Program-made: the position numbers and the translations under genes
The notes under the pieces: generated by a model
What the model was told of the DNA's origin: nothing
What the model saw: only the letters and a program-made list of their open reading frames with translations
The model's database searches: none
From: Lama guanicoe
Lineage: Eukaryota
Assembly (NCBI GenBank): GCA_013239625.1
Contig: MU054187.1
Coordinates: 14,852,974-14,916,973, forward strand
Length of the DNA: 64,000 bases
Reading direction: 5' to 3'
In this document: positions 1 through 13,655 of the stretch, piece by piece
How positions within the stretch are numbered: position 1 is the first letter of the stretch
How the letters are laid out: each line of letters opens with the position of its first letter

Positions 1-1544
1 TTGGGTTCACACAATGACTTGTTGCTTTGGGCTGCAGCTGAATCTGTCTGATTCAGACCATTCCTGGGGTGCTGTGTGGTGGGGGGGGCAAGAAAGCAAC
101 ACAGAAGGTTGCTGGGTACCCAAGAGCCCTCCCCACAATGTGTTCTCTTATAGGACCTGTGGCCTGTCCCTGTCCCCTGCCTTCTACCTATTCCCTTAAC
201 ATTCTTGTCTGGAAGGGACACATTCTCTAATGCCTGCTGGGACGGAGCTGAGTGTGTGTACATGTCTGTGTGTGGGTGGCGGTGGTGGTCAGGGTGGGAG
301 GAGTTTTGGGAGAGGGGGCACCATCTTCTAAATGCTTTTGCAGCCGCTCTGTTATGTGGAGAGAGGAGCAGAGCATGGAATGGGAAGTTGGGAGGGACTG
401 GCTGGGAATGAGGTCTAGCACTGAGTGGGAAGGAGAATCCAGCCTAGGAAGGATGCTTAAGTGGTCTCAATCTTTCTCACCTGTGCCCACTTTCGATGGC
501 TATAAAAATAAAAATACTTGGCTCTAAAGGATCACTGATACGGAGAACAGAGAGCCCAGTGTCTGCACACCACCAGGGGAGTTCCATGGGGATTTATTTT
601 CTGTAGTTTAGATGATGCAAGCAGCTTTATGCATACAAAATTATAAACTGTAATACTGAGATTCCCTGTCTTTGTGTAAGGCTGTGTCCAAGGGAACCTG
701 GAAAATCTGGTCGGCCAGGGCTGTGGGTGCCCCTTTCATGCTGAGCAGCTCCTGGAACTCGGGGGCCCCAGGAACCCTCTTGCCCACCAATTACAGGAGG
801 GTGCATGCCTGACAAGTTATCTCTGGGCTGCCTGGCTGGCCTGTGGCTATTCAAACACAGCGCTTAAGTTTCCAGTGAGTTTTCCGATGGGCTCTCTGCC
901 CCTTCCCTGGCCGAGTTCTCATGGCCAAGTGCTGGCCAGTTGGCAAGCCAAGACCCAGCAGGGGGCTGGCTCCCACTGAGGGGTATACCCACCTTCAGAC
1001 ACTGAGAATCTTGTATTGGAAAGGGTCCTGTGAATGCGTGGGGGTGTGTTTCTTGTAGTTTTTAGAGCTGTGAAGAAGCTGGTATACATTGTTTTAATAA
1101 GGAGGTCATAGGCTCAGAGCAAAGTTTCAGACTTGGCTTTGTATCTCTGGCAAGTCCTAGCAGCGCGCTGGAAAAGGCGGACGGGGGCGGGGGCAGGGAG
1201 ACCAGTTTGGATGCTCCTGTGATGCATCTGACCAAGCAGTGGTCATGAGGAGGAGAGCTGGGAGGGCGGCAGGGGGACTGGGAAGGAGGGAATCACTTGA
1301 GACACCCTGGAGGCAGCTGTGTGGGAGGTAACAATGGCTCCAGCGGTGAGAAGGCCGGTTTCAGCCCTGGGGGAATGGTGGCTGATAATGCTGTGAAAAG
1401 ACACTGGAAGTCGGTTCTCATCAACCCTGTGAGACAGTCTTCAAAAACAGATCTGGTTTCAGATTCTAGCGCTGTTACTACTTGCTGTGTGGGTGCCATT
1501 TCATAGACAGGTCACCTCAAGGAGTCAGATTTGTTGCTGCTGTT

Positions 1545-2065
1545 CTTTAAATGTTCGGTAGAATTTTCCTGTAAAGCCACCTGGTTCTGGACTTTTGTTG
1601 GGAGTTTTAAAATTACTGATTGAATTTTGGTACTGGTGATTGGTCTATTGGTATTATCTATTTCTTCCTCATTCAATCTTGGGAGATTGTACCTTTTTTA
1701 AGAATTTGTCCATTTCTTCTACGTTGTCCATTTTATTGGTGTATAGTTGCCCATAGTAGCCTCTTATGACCCTGTGTGTTTCTGTGGTGTCAGTTGTAAC
1801 CTTTTTCATTTCTGATTTTATTGATGTGGGCCCACTGCCTTTTTTTCTTGAGTCTGACTAAAGGTTTATCAATTTTTTTCTTTTCAAATAACCAGCTTTT
1901 AGTTTCATTGATCTTTTCTATTGTTTTTTCAGTCTCTATTTCACTTATTTGTGCTCTGATGTTTATGATTTCTTTCCTTCTACTAACTTTGCCTACTCAC
2001 TTTGGGTTTTGTTTTTTTCTTTCTCTCATTGCTTTAGGTATAATGTTAGGCTGTTTATTCGAGAT
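1545..2065 (-). mobile_element. LINE-1 ORF2 internal fragment, decayed
   Basis: T-rich antisense L1 ORF2 sequence (gtagaattttcctgtaaagccacctgg..., aagaatttgtccatttcttcta). Confidence 0.85.
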
Positions 2066-2069
2066 GTTT

Positions 2070-3935
2070 TTCTGTTGCCTTTGCTTTTGGTGCCAAATCC
2101 AAAAGACTGTTGCCGAGACTGATGTCAGGGAGCTTACCACTTACGTTTTCTCCTGGGAGTTTTATGGTTTCAGGTCTTACATTCAAGTCTTTAATCCATT
2201 TTAAGTTAATTTTTGTGTATGATGTAAGATAGTGGTCCAGTTTCATGCGTTTGCATGTGGCTGTCCAGTTTTTCCAATACCATTTATTGAAGAAACTGTT
2301 CTTTGCTCATTGTGTGTTCTTGAATGCTTTGTCTCAAATTAATTGACCATATATGCATGGGTTTATTTCTGGGCTCTCTGTTCTGTTACATTGATCTATG
2401 TATCTGTTTTTATGCCATAAAATTATACTTTAATTGCTATGGCTTTGTAATATAGTTGGAAATTGGGGAACATGATGCCTACAGCTTTGTTTTTCTTAAG
2501 ATTGCTTTGGCTATTTGGGGTATTTTATTGTTCCATACAAATTTTAGGATTGCTTGTTCTGTTTCTTTAAAAAAAATGCCATTGTAATTTTGATAGAGAT
2601 TGCATTGAATCTGTAGATTGCTTTGATTAGTGTGGCCATTTTAACATTAATTCTCCCGATTCATAAACACAGAATGTCTTTCCGTGTATTTGCATCTTCA
2701 GTTTCTTTCATCAGTGTTTTATAGTTTTCAGTGTACAGTTCTTTCACCCCCTTGGTTAAATTTATTCTTTTACATGTAATTGTAAATGAGATTATTTTCT
2801 TAATTTCTCTTTGTGAGAGTTCATTATTAGTGTATAAAAATGCAGTAGGTTTTTGTATATTGATTTTTGTATCCTGCACCTTTACTGAATTTATTTATTT
2901 TAACAGTTTTTTGGTAGAGTCTTTGGGATTTTCTGTGTATAATATTATGTCATCTGCAAACAGTGACAAGTTTTACTTCTTCCTTTCCAATTTGGATACC
3001 TTTTATTTCTTTTTCTTGCCTGATTGATTGCTCTGGCTAGAACTTCCAATACTATGTTGAATAAAAGTGGCAAAAGCAGGCATTCTTGTCCCTTGATCTT
3101 AGAGGAAAGAGTTTCATCTTTCCACCATTGAGTATGATGTTAGCTATGGGCTTGTCACGTATGGCCTTTCATTACTGTGACATACATTCCCTCCATATCC
3201 ACTTGGTTGAGAGTTTTATCATAAGTGGGTGTTGAATTTTGTCATAAGCCTTTTCTGCATCTATTGAGATGATATATAGTTTTTATTCTGCACTTGGTTA
3301 ATGTGGTGTATCACATTGATTGATTTATGGATGTTGAATCATCCTTGCATCCCTGGAATAAATCTCACTTGATCATGGTGTATTATCTTTTCAATGTGTC
3401 ACTGAATTCTGTTTGCTAATATTTTGAGGATTTTTGTGTCTATGTTCAGAGATACTGGCCTATAATTTTTTTTTTCTTCTGGTATCCTTGTCTGGTTTTG
3501 GTATCAGGGTAATTCTGGCCTCCTAAATTGAATTTGGAAGGGTTCCTCTTCTCTACTTTTATTTTTTTGAGAAGGCTTGGTATTAATTCTTCTTTGGATG
3601 TTTGATAGAATTCCCCTGTGAAGCTGCCTGATCCTGGACTTTGGTTTCTAGGAAAGTTTTTTGGTTGCTGATTCAATACTAGTAAGCAGTCTATTCAGAT
3701 TTTCTCATTCTACATGATTCAGTCTTGGTAGGTTGTATGTTTAAAGAATTTATCCATTTCTTCTATGATGCCAAATTTGTTCGTATAAAATTTTCATAGT
3801 TGGCACATAAATTTCATCTCTTACAATAATTTCTATGTTTGTGGTATTGGTTGGTCTCCTTTCATTTCTGATTTTGAGTCCTCTTTCTTGATGAGTCTTT
3901 GCTAAAAGGTTTGGCAAGCTTGTTTATCTTTTCAT
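2070..3935 (-). mobile_element. LINE-1 ORF2 fragment (RT to C-terminal region), decayed
   Basis: Minus-strand ORFs give L1 ORF2-like peptides (KLDHYLTSYTKINLKWIKDLNVRPETIK; KINIQKPTAFLYTNNE; SPGSGSFTGEFYQT) broken by stops and frameshifts. Confidence 0.93.
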
Positions 3936-5101
3936 ATACATACGGTTGAAATTATTTTTGTTACTATTTTAGTAGTAGCCGAGATTTTTAAATAGGTATT
4001 TTTTAAATGGGCATTAAATGATAATAACACTTATTGCTCACTCAACAAGAAAAGTTCAACAATGTTAAGGATCCAAGCTCTTTCCAACTTTCTGCTCCCA
4101 TAATCTTGTTGGTTTTTTCTCCTATACTTGTTGCCTCATGGTTGCAAAATGGTTCCCATAGCATAAAGCATCACATCTACACTCAAGACAGAACAAAGGG
4201 GCATGTTGTAGCACCACTGAGTTCTCTGCTAGGGAGCTTTATCAGGAAAGCAAAAAGTTTTCCAGAAGACTCAGCAAAGTTTTACTGACCAGAATAGGAT
4301 CACATAGTTGCCTCCAGGGATTTAAAAAAGGCCAAGAAAGCAAAAATTCAGCAAAGAGGAGCAAGATCTCCTGATAATCATTCTCTACCCTAGTGGGAAC
4401 TTTTTAAGCAGCTGAGATTTTGGAATTTTTGGCAACTGAGAATTCTAGTTTATCCAATGACTTATCATTTAACTGTAGATCAGTAGGTAGTCTCTGTTTT
4501 CTCAGGGGTAAGAACAGAAAGACCATTTGAGAAGAAGAGATGTTTTGGCCTTTATGGTATCCTAGGGCCTACAGAAGCCTTAATTCCTTTTCTTTTCATT
4601 CCTTTTTTCTCTCTCTCTTTTAAAATTTCAATAAATAGTAGACCTCTCCCATTAGATAATGAGATGAAAATGACTGGTGGACTTCAAGATTGAAGTTTTT
4701 TGTTGCTTTTTAAATTTATCTGTGAGTGCAGCAGTGGGCTCAATTGCTCAGGAAGCTGAAACAACAGGAAGGAGGACCAAGAAGCCAGGGCCACCTCTTG
4801 CAGGAAGGGGCTTGTGCAATAGTGATTAGCAGCTGCCCCTTCGCTGCCCTCGGGCCTGATGGCAGGGCCCAGGCTCCTCCTTGTGAAGAAAAACTTTTCT
4901 TGACTCTTCATGGAAGATAGCTTGAGTATTCACAAACATTTGCAGTAGTCATCTAATTCCTTGTTATAAAATGAATTTAAAAATTGTACATTTGATGATA
5001 TTCAAGGGCCTCAGACTCAGTGATAAAACAAGTTATTATACTAACTTCAAACACCTCTGTATAAAAAACCTGAAATTAGTAAAATTAATTACAAAATAGC
5101 T

Positions 5102-5220
5102 ATTTGGGGGGGTAATTGGGTTTATTTATTTATCATTTATTTTTAATGGAAGTACTGGGGATTGAACCCAGGACCTTGTGCATGCTAAGCACGTACTCTA
5201 CCACTGAGCTATACCTTCCC
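5102..5220 (-). mobile_element. tRNA-Ala-derived SINE (camelid Vic-1-like)
   Basis: Reverse complement reads TAGCTCAGTGGTAGAG...CTTAGCATGCAC...GGTTCAATCCCCAGTAC followed by an AT-rich tail. Confidence 0.9.
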
Positions 5221-5283
5221 ACCTAAAGTATTGTTTTTTGAAGAGGTGCTAATTTTAAATATCTCAATTTAAAAAAATCTGAA

Positions 5284-5398
5284 GATGGATAGTGGTGATG
5301 GATTTACAACAGTGTGAATGTTCTGAATACCAGTAAATTACATACTTTAAAATGGTTAAAATGGTGAAGTTATATTATGTATCCTTTACCACAATAAA
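5284..5398 (+). mobile_element. Short 5'-truncated old L1 3' end with target-site duplication
   Basis: gatggatagtggtgatgg...aaaatggttaaaatggtgaa...accacaataaaa. Flanked by AAAAAAATCTGAA at 5271-5283 and 5399-5411. Confidence 0.75.
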
Positions 5399-5514
5399 AA
5401 AAAAATCTGAATGTAGTCTTGTTGAGGGACCTGCTCTAGTGAATAGGTAGAATAATTTGTAAAGAAAAGAGCGTTTCATATCAGTGAGTGTTTTCTTTAT
5501 GCTAAGTACATATC

Positions 5515-5920
5515 TTTTTAAATTGAAGTATAGTCAGTTTACAATGTTGTGTTAATTTCTGGTGTACTGCATGCTGAGTCAGTTACACACATTCATATAT
5601 AAATTTCCTTTTGTATTCTTTTTCCTTATAGGCTATTACACGGTATGGAATATAGTTCCCTGTGCATTTTTTTTTAATTTAAGTATAGTCAGTTATAATG
5701 TGTCAAGACCTTATGTCACAGCATAAGATCTCAGTCATATATATACATATATTCATTTTCATATTTTTTCATTAAAGGTTATTATAAGATATTGAATATA
5801 GTTTCCTGTGCTATACAGAATAAATGTTTTTTAATCTATTTTGTATGTATAGTGTTTAACACTTCTAAATCTCAAACTCCCAAATCTATACCCTCCCACC
5901 CCCTTTCCCCTGATGACCAT
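5515..5920 (-). mobile_element. Two adjacent L1 3'-UTR ends
   Basis: Two T-run-headed units starting ...aagtatagtcagtt (about 5515 and 5667). Each contains aatatagtt(c/t)cctgtgc, typical of laurasiatherian L1 3' ends. Confidence 0.7.
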
Positions 5921-6029
5921 GAGCTCCTGTGTGTATCTTGATCACAAAGTGCTCTCTTGAACTTTGGACCTGTATACCCGATGGCATTCTCTCCATTTGG
6001 CCTGTGTCTCTAGCACTTCAGGTCTCAAA

Positions 6030-6255
6030 CAGAATTCTGTGTCTTCACCTGTGCATACCTGCTCCTCCTACCACCTTCCCTGGTCTTAGTTAAGGGCCCT
6101 AAAAAGCACCCAGTTAATTGCTCAAGCCTGAACCCCAAGTGTCATTCTTGAATCCTACTTTTCCCTTACCCTCCACCCCAAATCAAACACCACTTCAAGT
6201 TAATTCTGTCTTCTCAGTGTTACTCTAATCTGCCCACTTCTCTTCACCTCCACAC
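6030..6255 (+). mobile_element. L2 fragment
   Basis: tgctcaagcctgaaccccaagtgtcattcttgaatcc resembles the L2 3' region. Confidence 0.5.
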
Positions 6256-6369
6256 TGAAGGTAAATAAGGAGTCAGGAACTTTTATCTACAAATGAGTTC
6301 CTCGCATCCATTCTACATGCACTCATCCTAAATGCCAGAAAAATATTCAGCGTTAAAACAAATGTTTTA

Positions 6370-6520
6370 AAAAATTATTTCTTATGGGAAGACCATTTAA
6401 CATAAGATCTGCCCCTTAATAGATTTTGAGTGTACAGTATTGTTATCTACAGTACAGTGTTGTACAGTGGAGCTCTGAAACTTGTTCATCTTGCTTTACT
6501 GAAACTTTACACCTGTTAAT
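6370..6520 (-). mobile_element. Old L1 (L1M) 3'-end fragment
   Basis: aacataagatctgcccc...gtgtacagtattgtta...ttgtacagtggagctctgaaacttgttcatcttgc. Confidence 0.6.
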
Positions 6521-7904
6521 TAGAAATCGTTTTCTTAACCAAGATAGACGATCTGTTGGCTATCTTGAATACATTATCAAATTGCTTAGTACATTTTACA
6601 AAGGCACTCAGCCATAATTTTTGCCAAATGGAAACGAGTGCTGTCAGAACAGGATTTCTACATATGCCTAACACTTCTTACTCTTCCACAGAATAGCCAC
6701 CAACCCCCCCACTTCCCCCACCATTAGCCTAGTAATATTAACACTGTAAGACAATTAATTGGGTTGGGGGGTCATGTCCGCAGGGCAAGTTGCGGAAGCC
6801 AGCTGCCTTACATCAGTGTGTGAGCTACCCAAGTGGACAAGGTTGTCAGTTTTATTAACGGGCTCATCAGTCTTACTGGACGTATGTGTGTACCAGGCAC
6901 TGTCAGGGAAGAGATGTGGGACAAATTCCCTGCCTATGAGGAGCGCACAGCCTAGCAGGAGACACAGATTTGAAAAACAGATGATTTTTACAGTGAGGTG
7001 TTAAGAAACAAGCAAGGTGGTCTGGAGTCACTGAGGAGGGACATTCCATGGAGCCCGGGAGAGCGTCCCAGAGCTGGAAAGGAGCTTTGGATCTGAGATC
7101 CAGTGCTGACTCCAAATCAAGCCATTTTTCCATTTCAGCTGAGAATGTCATCGGTGTGACAGGCACTGGATTAAAAAAATAATCTCCTTATATAATTTGC
7201 ATTTCCCTGGCTACCAGTCAGGTTGAGCATCTTGTTATGTTTATTGACCGTATTTTCTGTGTATTGTCTGTTTTTGCCACTTGTGGAAAATCTTAATGTT
7301 GACAGTAAACGCTGAGACACATTGGGGACTTGTCTGATGCTGTTTGTAGGACTGGTTTCCTAAGTCCTACACACATCTCCTGATGAAGATAAGGATCAGG
7401 ATGTTTTCCTAACCACCCCCCTCCCCTCCCGGCTTCCTGCCAGTATGTGCCTTTGGTCTGGTAATTGGCTTCCTCTTCTAGCCTGGTAGTCACTGAGGAA
7501 GGTCAGCTGGATTGGATGGAATCTGTATGTGCAGACACTGATGTCATCTTTAACTGCAGTTTTGTTCTGTCAAAACTAGAGGAGAAAGTCTACACAGATG
7601 GACAGAGGGAGTTAGTGTAGGCTTGCAAACGTGGGCACTGTCTGATGAAACGGAAGTAATTGAGCGTGCAGATCTTAACAAGGTCCAATTTCATATCTGG
7701 TTTGAGAGCAATATCTATACATAAACTACTACATGGATTTGAGAATGACTCCCATTCGTGTAATGGAAAACGCCTTGCCTGCAACCTCAGATATCAGTTA
7801 ACCCTGAAGACTCAGCCTTCATGTTTTACCTTCTGGCAGCCAGGACCCTCCAGCTGTGCCTGTGCTCTAACCTCTTGGGGCCAGAGGACAGAGCTGCTGA
7901 GAGG

Positions 7905-8095
7905 TACGGGAAGGAGTATCTGGGACTTGGAGCCAGAGGCACCTGGGTGGGAGTCTTGGCTCTGCTCTTCATCAGCTGTGTTATAACAATTCTCTCCACC
8001 CCTCTTGGCCTTGGTTTTCTCATGTGCAAAATGGGGAAAGTGCTTCCTAGTTCACTGAGTTATTTTAAGGATCAAAAAACATGCTTGTGATACAC
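7905..8095 (+). mobile_element. MIR SINE
   Basis: ggagccaga...ctggg...ggctctgc...ttttctcatgtgcaaaatgggg MIR core. Confidence 0.65.
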
Positions 8096-8222
8096 GTGTT
8101 AGGTATGTGTGTATTCTTTTTCACTCTTCTTTCTTCTCTTTACCACATTGCACACACAGCCAAGTGAAAGGCCTTGACTGTGGTTGGTGCTTGCCCCTTG
8201 TGTACTGCTTGACTACAGACAG

Positions 8223-8378
8223 CAGTGGTTCTCAAAGTATGGTCCCCAGCATGAGTGTTGCTTGGGAACATGTGAGAAACACAAAAACTCGGACCTACTC
8301 AATCAGAAACTGCTCTGGGGCTCAGCAGTGTTTTACTTCCAGGTGGTTCTAATGCTCCTTAAAGTTTAAGAACCACTG
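8223..8378. mobile_element. MER5-like hAT-Charlie MITE
   Basis: Terminal inverted repeats CAGTGGTTCTCAAA / TTTAAGAACCACTG, with internal tactcaatcagaaact motif. Confidence 0.85.
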
Positions 8379-11300
8379 GAGGAGTCTCCTTCCTGTTGTG
8401 GTCAATGTAAAAAGAGATTTGGTGAGATGGAAAAAAAAGAATGTGTTTGTTTTAATGATATAGAAAGCTATTTAAAGTCCCAGAAGGTGACTTTCATCTA
8501 ATGTCAGGTTTCCCTTAAAATAGTGAATGAAATGATTCAAACAGGAGAATTGTTTCCTGTTACCCTCTGAAGACAAGCCACCCAAGTTGAGCTTAATGCA
8601 GGACTTGAGATAAGCTCTCTGGACGTGGAGCTCCACTGAATTGGAGCAGATAACTTCTTACCTTCTTTTCCGGTGTTTTTTTTTCCCCCTATAAATATTA
8701 ATGACAACTTATAAATGAATGGCTGCTGCATTAACTGCGCAGCTCTGGCAGGTCTGACGTGATATTTTGCCGTGCTATTATTTCTGATTAAATGTATTTT
8801 AATTTAAAGCCAGAGCCATCTGCCTGTGTTCATGACCACAGTGACTAAACACAATAGCCAGGCCCATCAGCACACCTCTGCACATCAGTGGGAGTCCTGA
8901 GGCTCTACAGGCATCAGGAAGTTCGCTCCTACCACCAAGAGTGTGTGATCATCGTGGCAAGCCTGTCAGGCTCGTTTCTCGTACACTTAATTCTATCTCT
9001 TTATTATATAGTTTTTTTGGTGAGTAATAGACATTAATTAATAGTTCTACCTAGTGTATATAATGAGTGTTCTGTATTATTAAATATTTTCAACCTGCTT
9101 ATGAGAAATGCATCAGTACTCACCAGTGTACCTTCTGATGATCATTGTGATCTTTGGTTTTTAATTGTCCTTTGCTTTTGAGAAGCGATTCATTTAATTG
9201 TTTAAAGTAGAACTGATTCTGTATGCAAAATACATTCCTTAGGGCAGGACCTGATGCGTACTAATACTTAATAAAAGGAATTTCATTTCAGTGAATTCAT
9301 TAAGCATAATGAAAGGAGACAATTGAGGTGATACAAACTTTCGTTTACACTTTATGAAGTAGAAAGTATCCTTTTGGAGATTTGCAAAACAAGCAGAAGG
9401 CAGGAAGCTTTTATAGGATAAAGAATAAAGAACAAGATAAATAGAAAAGGTCTACTAGGCTGGGGCCACCATCAGCCTTGTTTGGGGCAAGAGGGTGTAC
9501 ATCGCATTTCTGGCCAAGCAGAGCCAGGAGTCCTTTGCAGATACCAGAAAGTTATCTATGGTTTGGTTTTGCTGAACTGGCACCCCTGACAGCAGAGGCT
9601 CCATCTTGGGCCTCAAAATTTACTGATGAAGGAATAACCAAAATTGCTAATAAAGGTGAGAGTATTAAGTGTAGTAGTACTTACCATACGTTGAGACTCT
9701 CCCAGGTGCCAGATAGTTCACTGAAGTTACCTACTTTGATTCTTAAAAGAATACTATGAGGCAGATATCAGTCTTCCCATTTTATAGACACCAGAACTAT
9801 CCTTAGAGGGTACGGAAATGGACAGGTGATGTTTGGTGCTGGCCGAGCCAATGCATATGGGGATGACTCAATAGGAAGTGGGTGGTGAGTTTCATAAAAC
9901 GGCTTCCGAGAAAGGGGCGTGCCTATATGAAGGCTGCCTTATGCTCCTCTACTTGAATTACTATCCTCAGTGAAGCTGATACATTTGTCAAACTGCACTG
10001 GTGTGCTCTGTGTGTCTAAGTCTGCTCCTGGTGTGCGGAGACCGACAAGGCACCAAGCTCTGGTTGGGTGTGATGGAGAGCTTGGGGTTCTCCAGGGCGC
10101 TGGGCATTCAGGAGTGTACTTAACACAAAGGCAATGGTACAATTCCTGAAAGCTTGGACAGGGTGGCAAATAGATGCCTCCTTTTGAGTGCCTCCTTTAT
10201 AACTTAGTCAGGTCGTCTCTAGGATATCAATACAAATATAGGTAAATCGTTAAGTTTGAGTGAACCTATGAAAACTAAAAAACACAGTCTGCTAGGATCT
10301 TTTCCGCAAATAATACTTTTTTGTAAAAGGGAAAAAGATGGACATGATTATTAGAAAAAAATGGAAAGATTTCTATGCACTAGATTTCATTTCTATGCAC
10401 AAGAATTCTAATAGAAGAAAACCAAATCGTAAAGGAAATGTTGGGAAATATTCTGAGAAATCAAAAAAAATTATGAACTACTCCCATTACTTACTGTCTC
10501 ATGACAAACCAACTGGATGTAGATAACACCAAACCTTTTAAGCACAAATACATTTCATTCCTGGGTGCTTTCTTGGGTTGAGATTATTTCCCAAATTCTT
10601 GCTTGGGTTTAGTGGACTGATAGGTAACAAGAAACTTAAGTGATCCTTGTTTATCCTTTTGACTGTTGTATGGATTTGGAGGTTTCTGACCTTTCCTAAC
10701 TTACTTGGCCCAATTATCTGATGTAAAACTGCTTTTAAAATGCTAGGTCTAGTTCTCAGGTGGTGGGAGCCTGTTAATTCCACAACAGTGCTATGTTTGA
10801 GCATCTTCTTGGCCTTTATCAGCTTCAGAAGCAGTTACCTGACCTCTAGGTACTTGCTCTGGTGGTCAGAAGTGATTGAACATGAAAAAATTAGATGGCT
10901 TTTGGCTTCTTCTCACCTTTGCTTCTGCTTTTACTGCACTAGGGGCATGATACTTAACTATCAGATTCTTTTCCAAATATGTGCCACAGGTGGCAGGAAT
11001 GTGATATGGTCTTGAAACTAAAGCCGTCCCCTCCACTGCTTTCCCTTAAGCAAATATCACCATGAAATTCCACTAGAATGTTCAATGTTGGTCTTGATAT
11101 TCACAGATGAGTTTGCTTGGGGAAGGAATGGGGATAAGGAAAGACTTGTATGTCAACATTCTAATCATCTTCCACTGAATTTATCTCTGCCTTCAAACCT
11201 TCTCTCCAAAATTCTTTTCAAAGATTGATAATACTTTTTACCACAGTAGGTGAACAGCTTGATCAATCACTAGCTGACCAAATCTCAGGCCCTCACCTTT

Positions 11301-12229
11301 TGTGTTAGTTCTACTAATAGTTTACCTAAATCAGACTTGGGATTCAAGAGAATAGCAAGGAAACTTTATGGAACACTGAGATAAAGTATCAAAAGAACAT
11401 CACGATGTAGGCCTAAAAGATTTAGGCTTTCTAGGCACTATGTAATTTCTGGGTTAATCCTAGTGGTCAGGTTCAAACACACACATATACACACACCTCC
11501 AAGTTCCTTCACAATGTGCCTCTTACTCCAATACCAATCAAGACAGCACTTAAAAGCTAAACTTTTGTTAGTAATATTTAGTATTTTTTAAGGTTCAAAA
11601 ATAAATGCCATACATAAAAACACCTTACCAAAAGCCATGAGACTTTTAAATACATTTAAAATTTGGGATTCTAAGTACATGATTAGAAGTTCTGGATAGA
11701 CTCTGCTACAGTTACGTCAACTGAGGAGCCTAATCACAGAATTGAGTTCAGTCCACACTGTTACCTTGAATTTCATCTTATTTTCTGCCTTTTCATGGCT
11801 GATGAGTGTGACAGTGTGGAATAATGCTAGCCAAAATCTGAACTGAAAAAGTGTAACATTTAGTCAGCTCTGGGGCTCTGATACAAATATTTATAACTTT
11901 TTGGCTACATGGCCGTGGGCAAGTCATTTAAAGGCAGGGAATCTTTCATAGGGATCTTGTAAGATTCTAATAAGATGAGAAAGTTCTTTGTAAACCAAAT
12001 GTCTCAAATTCTACACTACAAAATCGTATTTTAGTGCAGAGAAGGAGGTCGGTGAGCGTGGCCTTTGACTTTCTCAGTGAGAGAGGCTGATTACCACTGC
12101 AGAAAGAACATCACGTGACCTATGGTGTAATTAACCTTTATTAAAGAGGCTTTAGTGGGATCTTACTATACTTGTTAATGTTTGAGACACTTATAGGAAT
12201 TACAATTTTTTCCCCTAGTTCCTGCAATT

Positions 12230-12430
12230 AGTGAAGACTAACACATACCAGGCAGTCCCAGTACACCAGGTACTGTACTGGGCACTTTGTATAAATAAGC
12301 TCATTTCGTCCTCAGAACTGCCCTGTGAGGTCAGCGCTCTGGGCATGCCCATTTTACAGATGAGGAAACCAGGAGGCACAGATTAGAGAAAACTCCACAG
12401 TCAGTCAGGACCATGGCCAGAATTTCATCT
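12230..12430 (-). mobile_element. MIR SINE
   Basis: ccaggtactgtactgggcacttt...cccattttacagatgaggaaac. Confidence 0.75.
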
Positions 12431-13604
12431 GTATTCACTGCATTCTATCTATTCTGCTCTTTACTCTGGCTCCCATGAATCAGACCCCTAAAGCAACTAC
12501 AACAGAGTAACTAAAGTGCTTTCCAGTGCTCTGAGATGAGGAAATGTTGGACACAGATAATTCATAAACCTGGGCAATGAAACACAGCCGGATGAGTCGT
12601 CACACTGCACTGGCAGAATGTGCCACGTCCACGGCCGCCTAATCAGTTGGAAAGAGGTTACACCGCCTCCTGCAGCTGGGGCGAGGGCTGCAAGCGCACG
12701 GGGCGGGGGCGGGGGGGGAGTACGCCTGGGGAGCTGCTTACCACAACTCTTGAAACAGTTTTTGCATTAAAAGGGCACGTAGAATATTTTCCAGATTTCT
12801 CAGCCACACGGTCTTCACCCTAGCTCTGGCTTCAGCCATTAAAACGTGTGGTTTGGACACGAATCTGGAGTCAATAATCTTTCTAGCACCCTGTGCTTTT
12901 CCCACCGGCTCCAAAATAGCCTGTTCTGGATTCTGTTCCATTAGGATTTGCTAGGGGATTCATCATTCAAGTCGATAAATCTGTTAATACCTAGCAGCCA
13001 TCACTTTGTGCATTATTTACGTGGGGGTCTCCAATACCTTAGCTCCAACAGGAATGAATACTTCGGAAATTTAAAAGCGCCGTGGCAGCTCCCTGGGAAG
13101 CTGTATTGGAGAAGGTCCTTTTATTACACCTCGTGGGCTGCTTGCTAGCTGAGGCCAGGGCCGAGGATGGCTCCAAAGGCTGGAAGTTCCAGTGGAAGCA
13201 GGTTTATTCAGCTGCACGTTGAGCCTAAGCCGCAGAGGCCATGGCAGCATATGCATTTCTCCGGAACATAAGGGTCAAAAATGTACCCAGGCAGGAGAGG
13301 AGACTGACTCCAACTTTTAAGTTTTCCTTAAAAACAGGCGCAAGACTTAAAACCCTGGATACAGCACTAATACAGTTAAGGAAGCAACTAAGCAGAGCAA
13401 TGCATCCTATTTTGCAAAATGATTTGAAAGGCCCAGGATGAAAGAAATGTAGAAAAAAATAATGGTGTGATATTAATATGACCTTCTGCCATGCAGATTC
13501 TTTGAGTACATCCCCCCAATTTCTATTGTTAATTTTTCAGCAGAGCTTTCAACACCATCACCACCAAAAAAAATTCCACAGAACTCAAGACAGTAATTTA
13601 CTCT

Positions 13605-13655
13605 AAAAAAAAAAAAAAAACACCTGCAGCTTTATTAATAACCAACTTTTTTATT
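13605..13655 (-). terminator. JPH1 polyadenylation signals (AATAAA at 13655-13650 and 13636-13631) with downstream GU/U-rich element
   Basis: Plus-strand TTTATT at 13631 and 13650. On the minus strand these are followed by GGTG and a 16-nt T run (13620-13605). Confidence 0.7.

Noticed and set aside
13605..13620. A16 run as a retrocopy tail
   Set aside because: No TSD or element body upstream; it fits better as the U-rich downstream element of the JPH1 poly(A) site.
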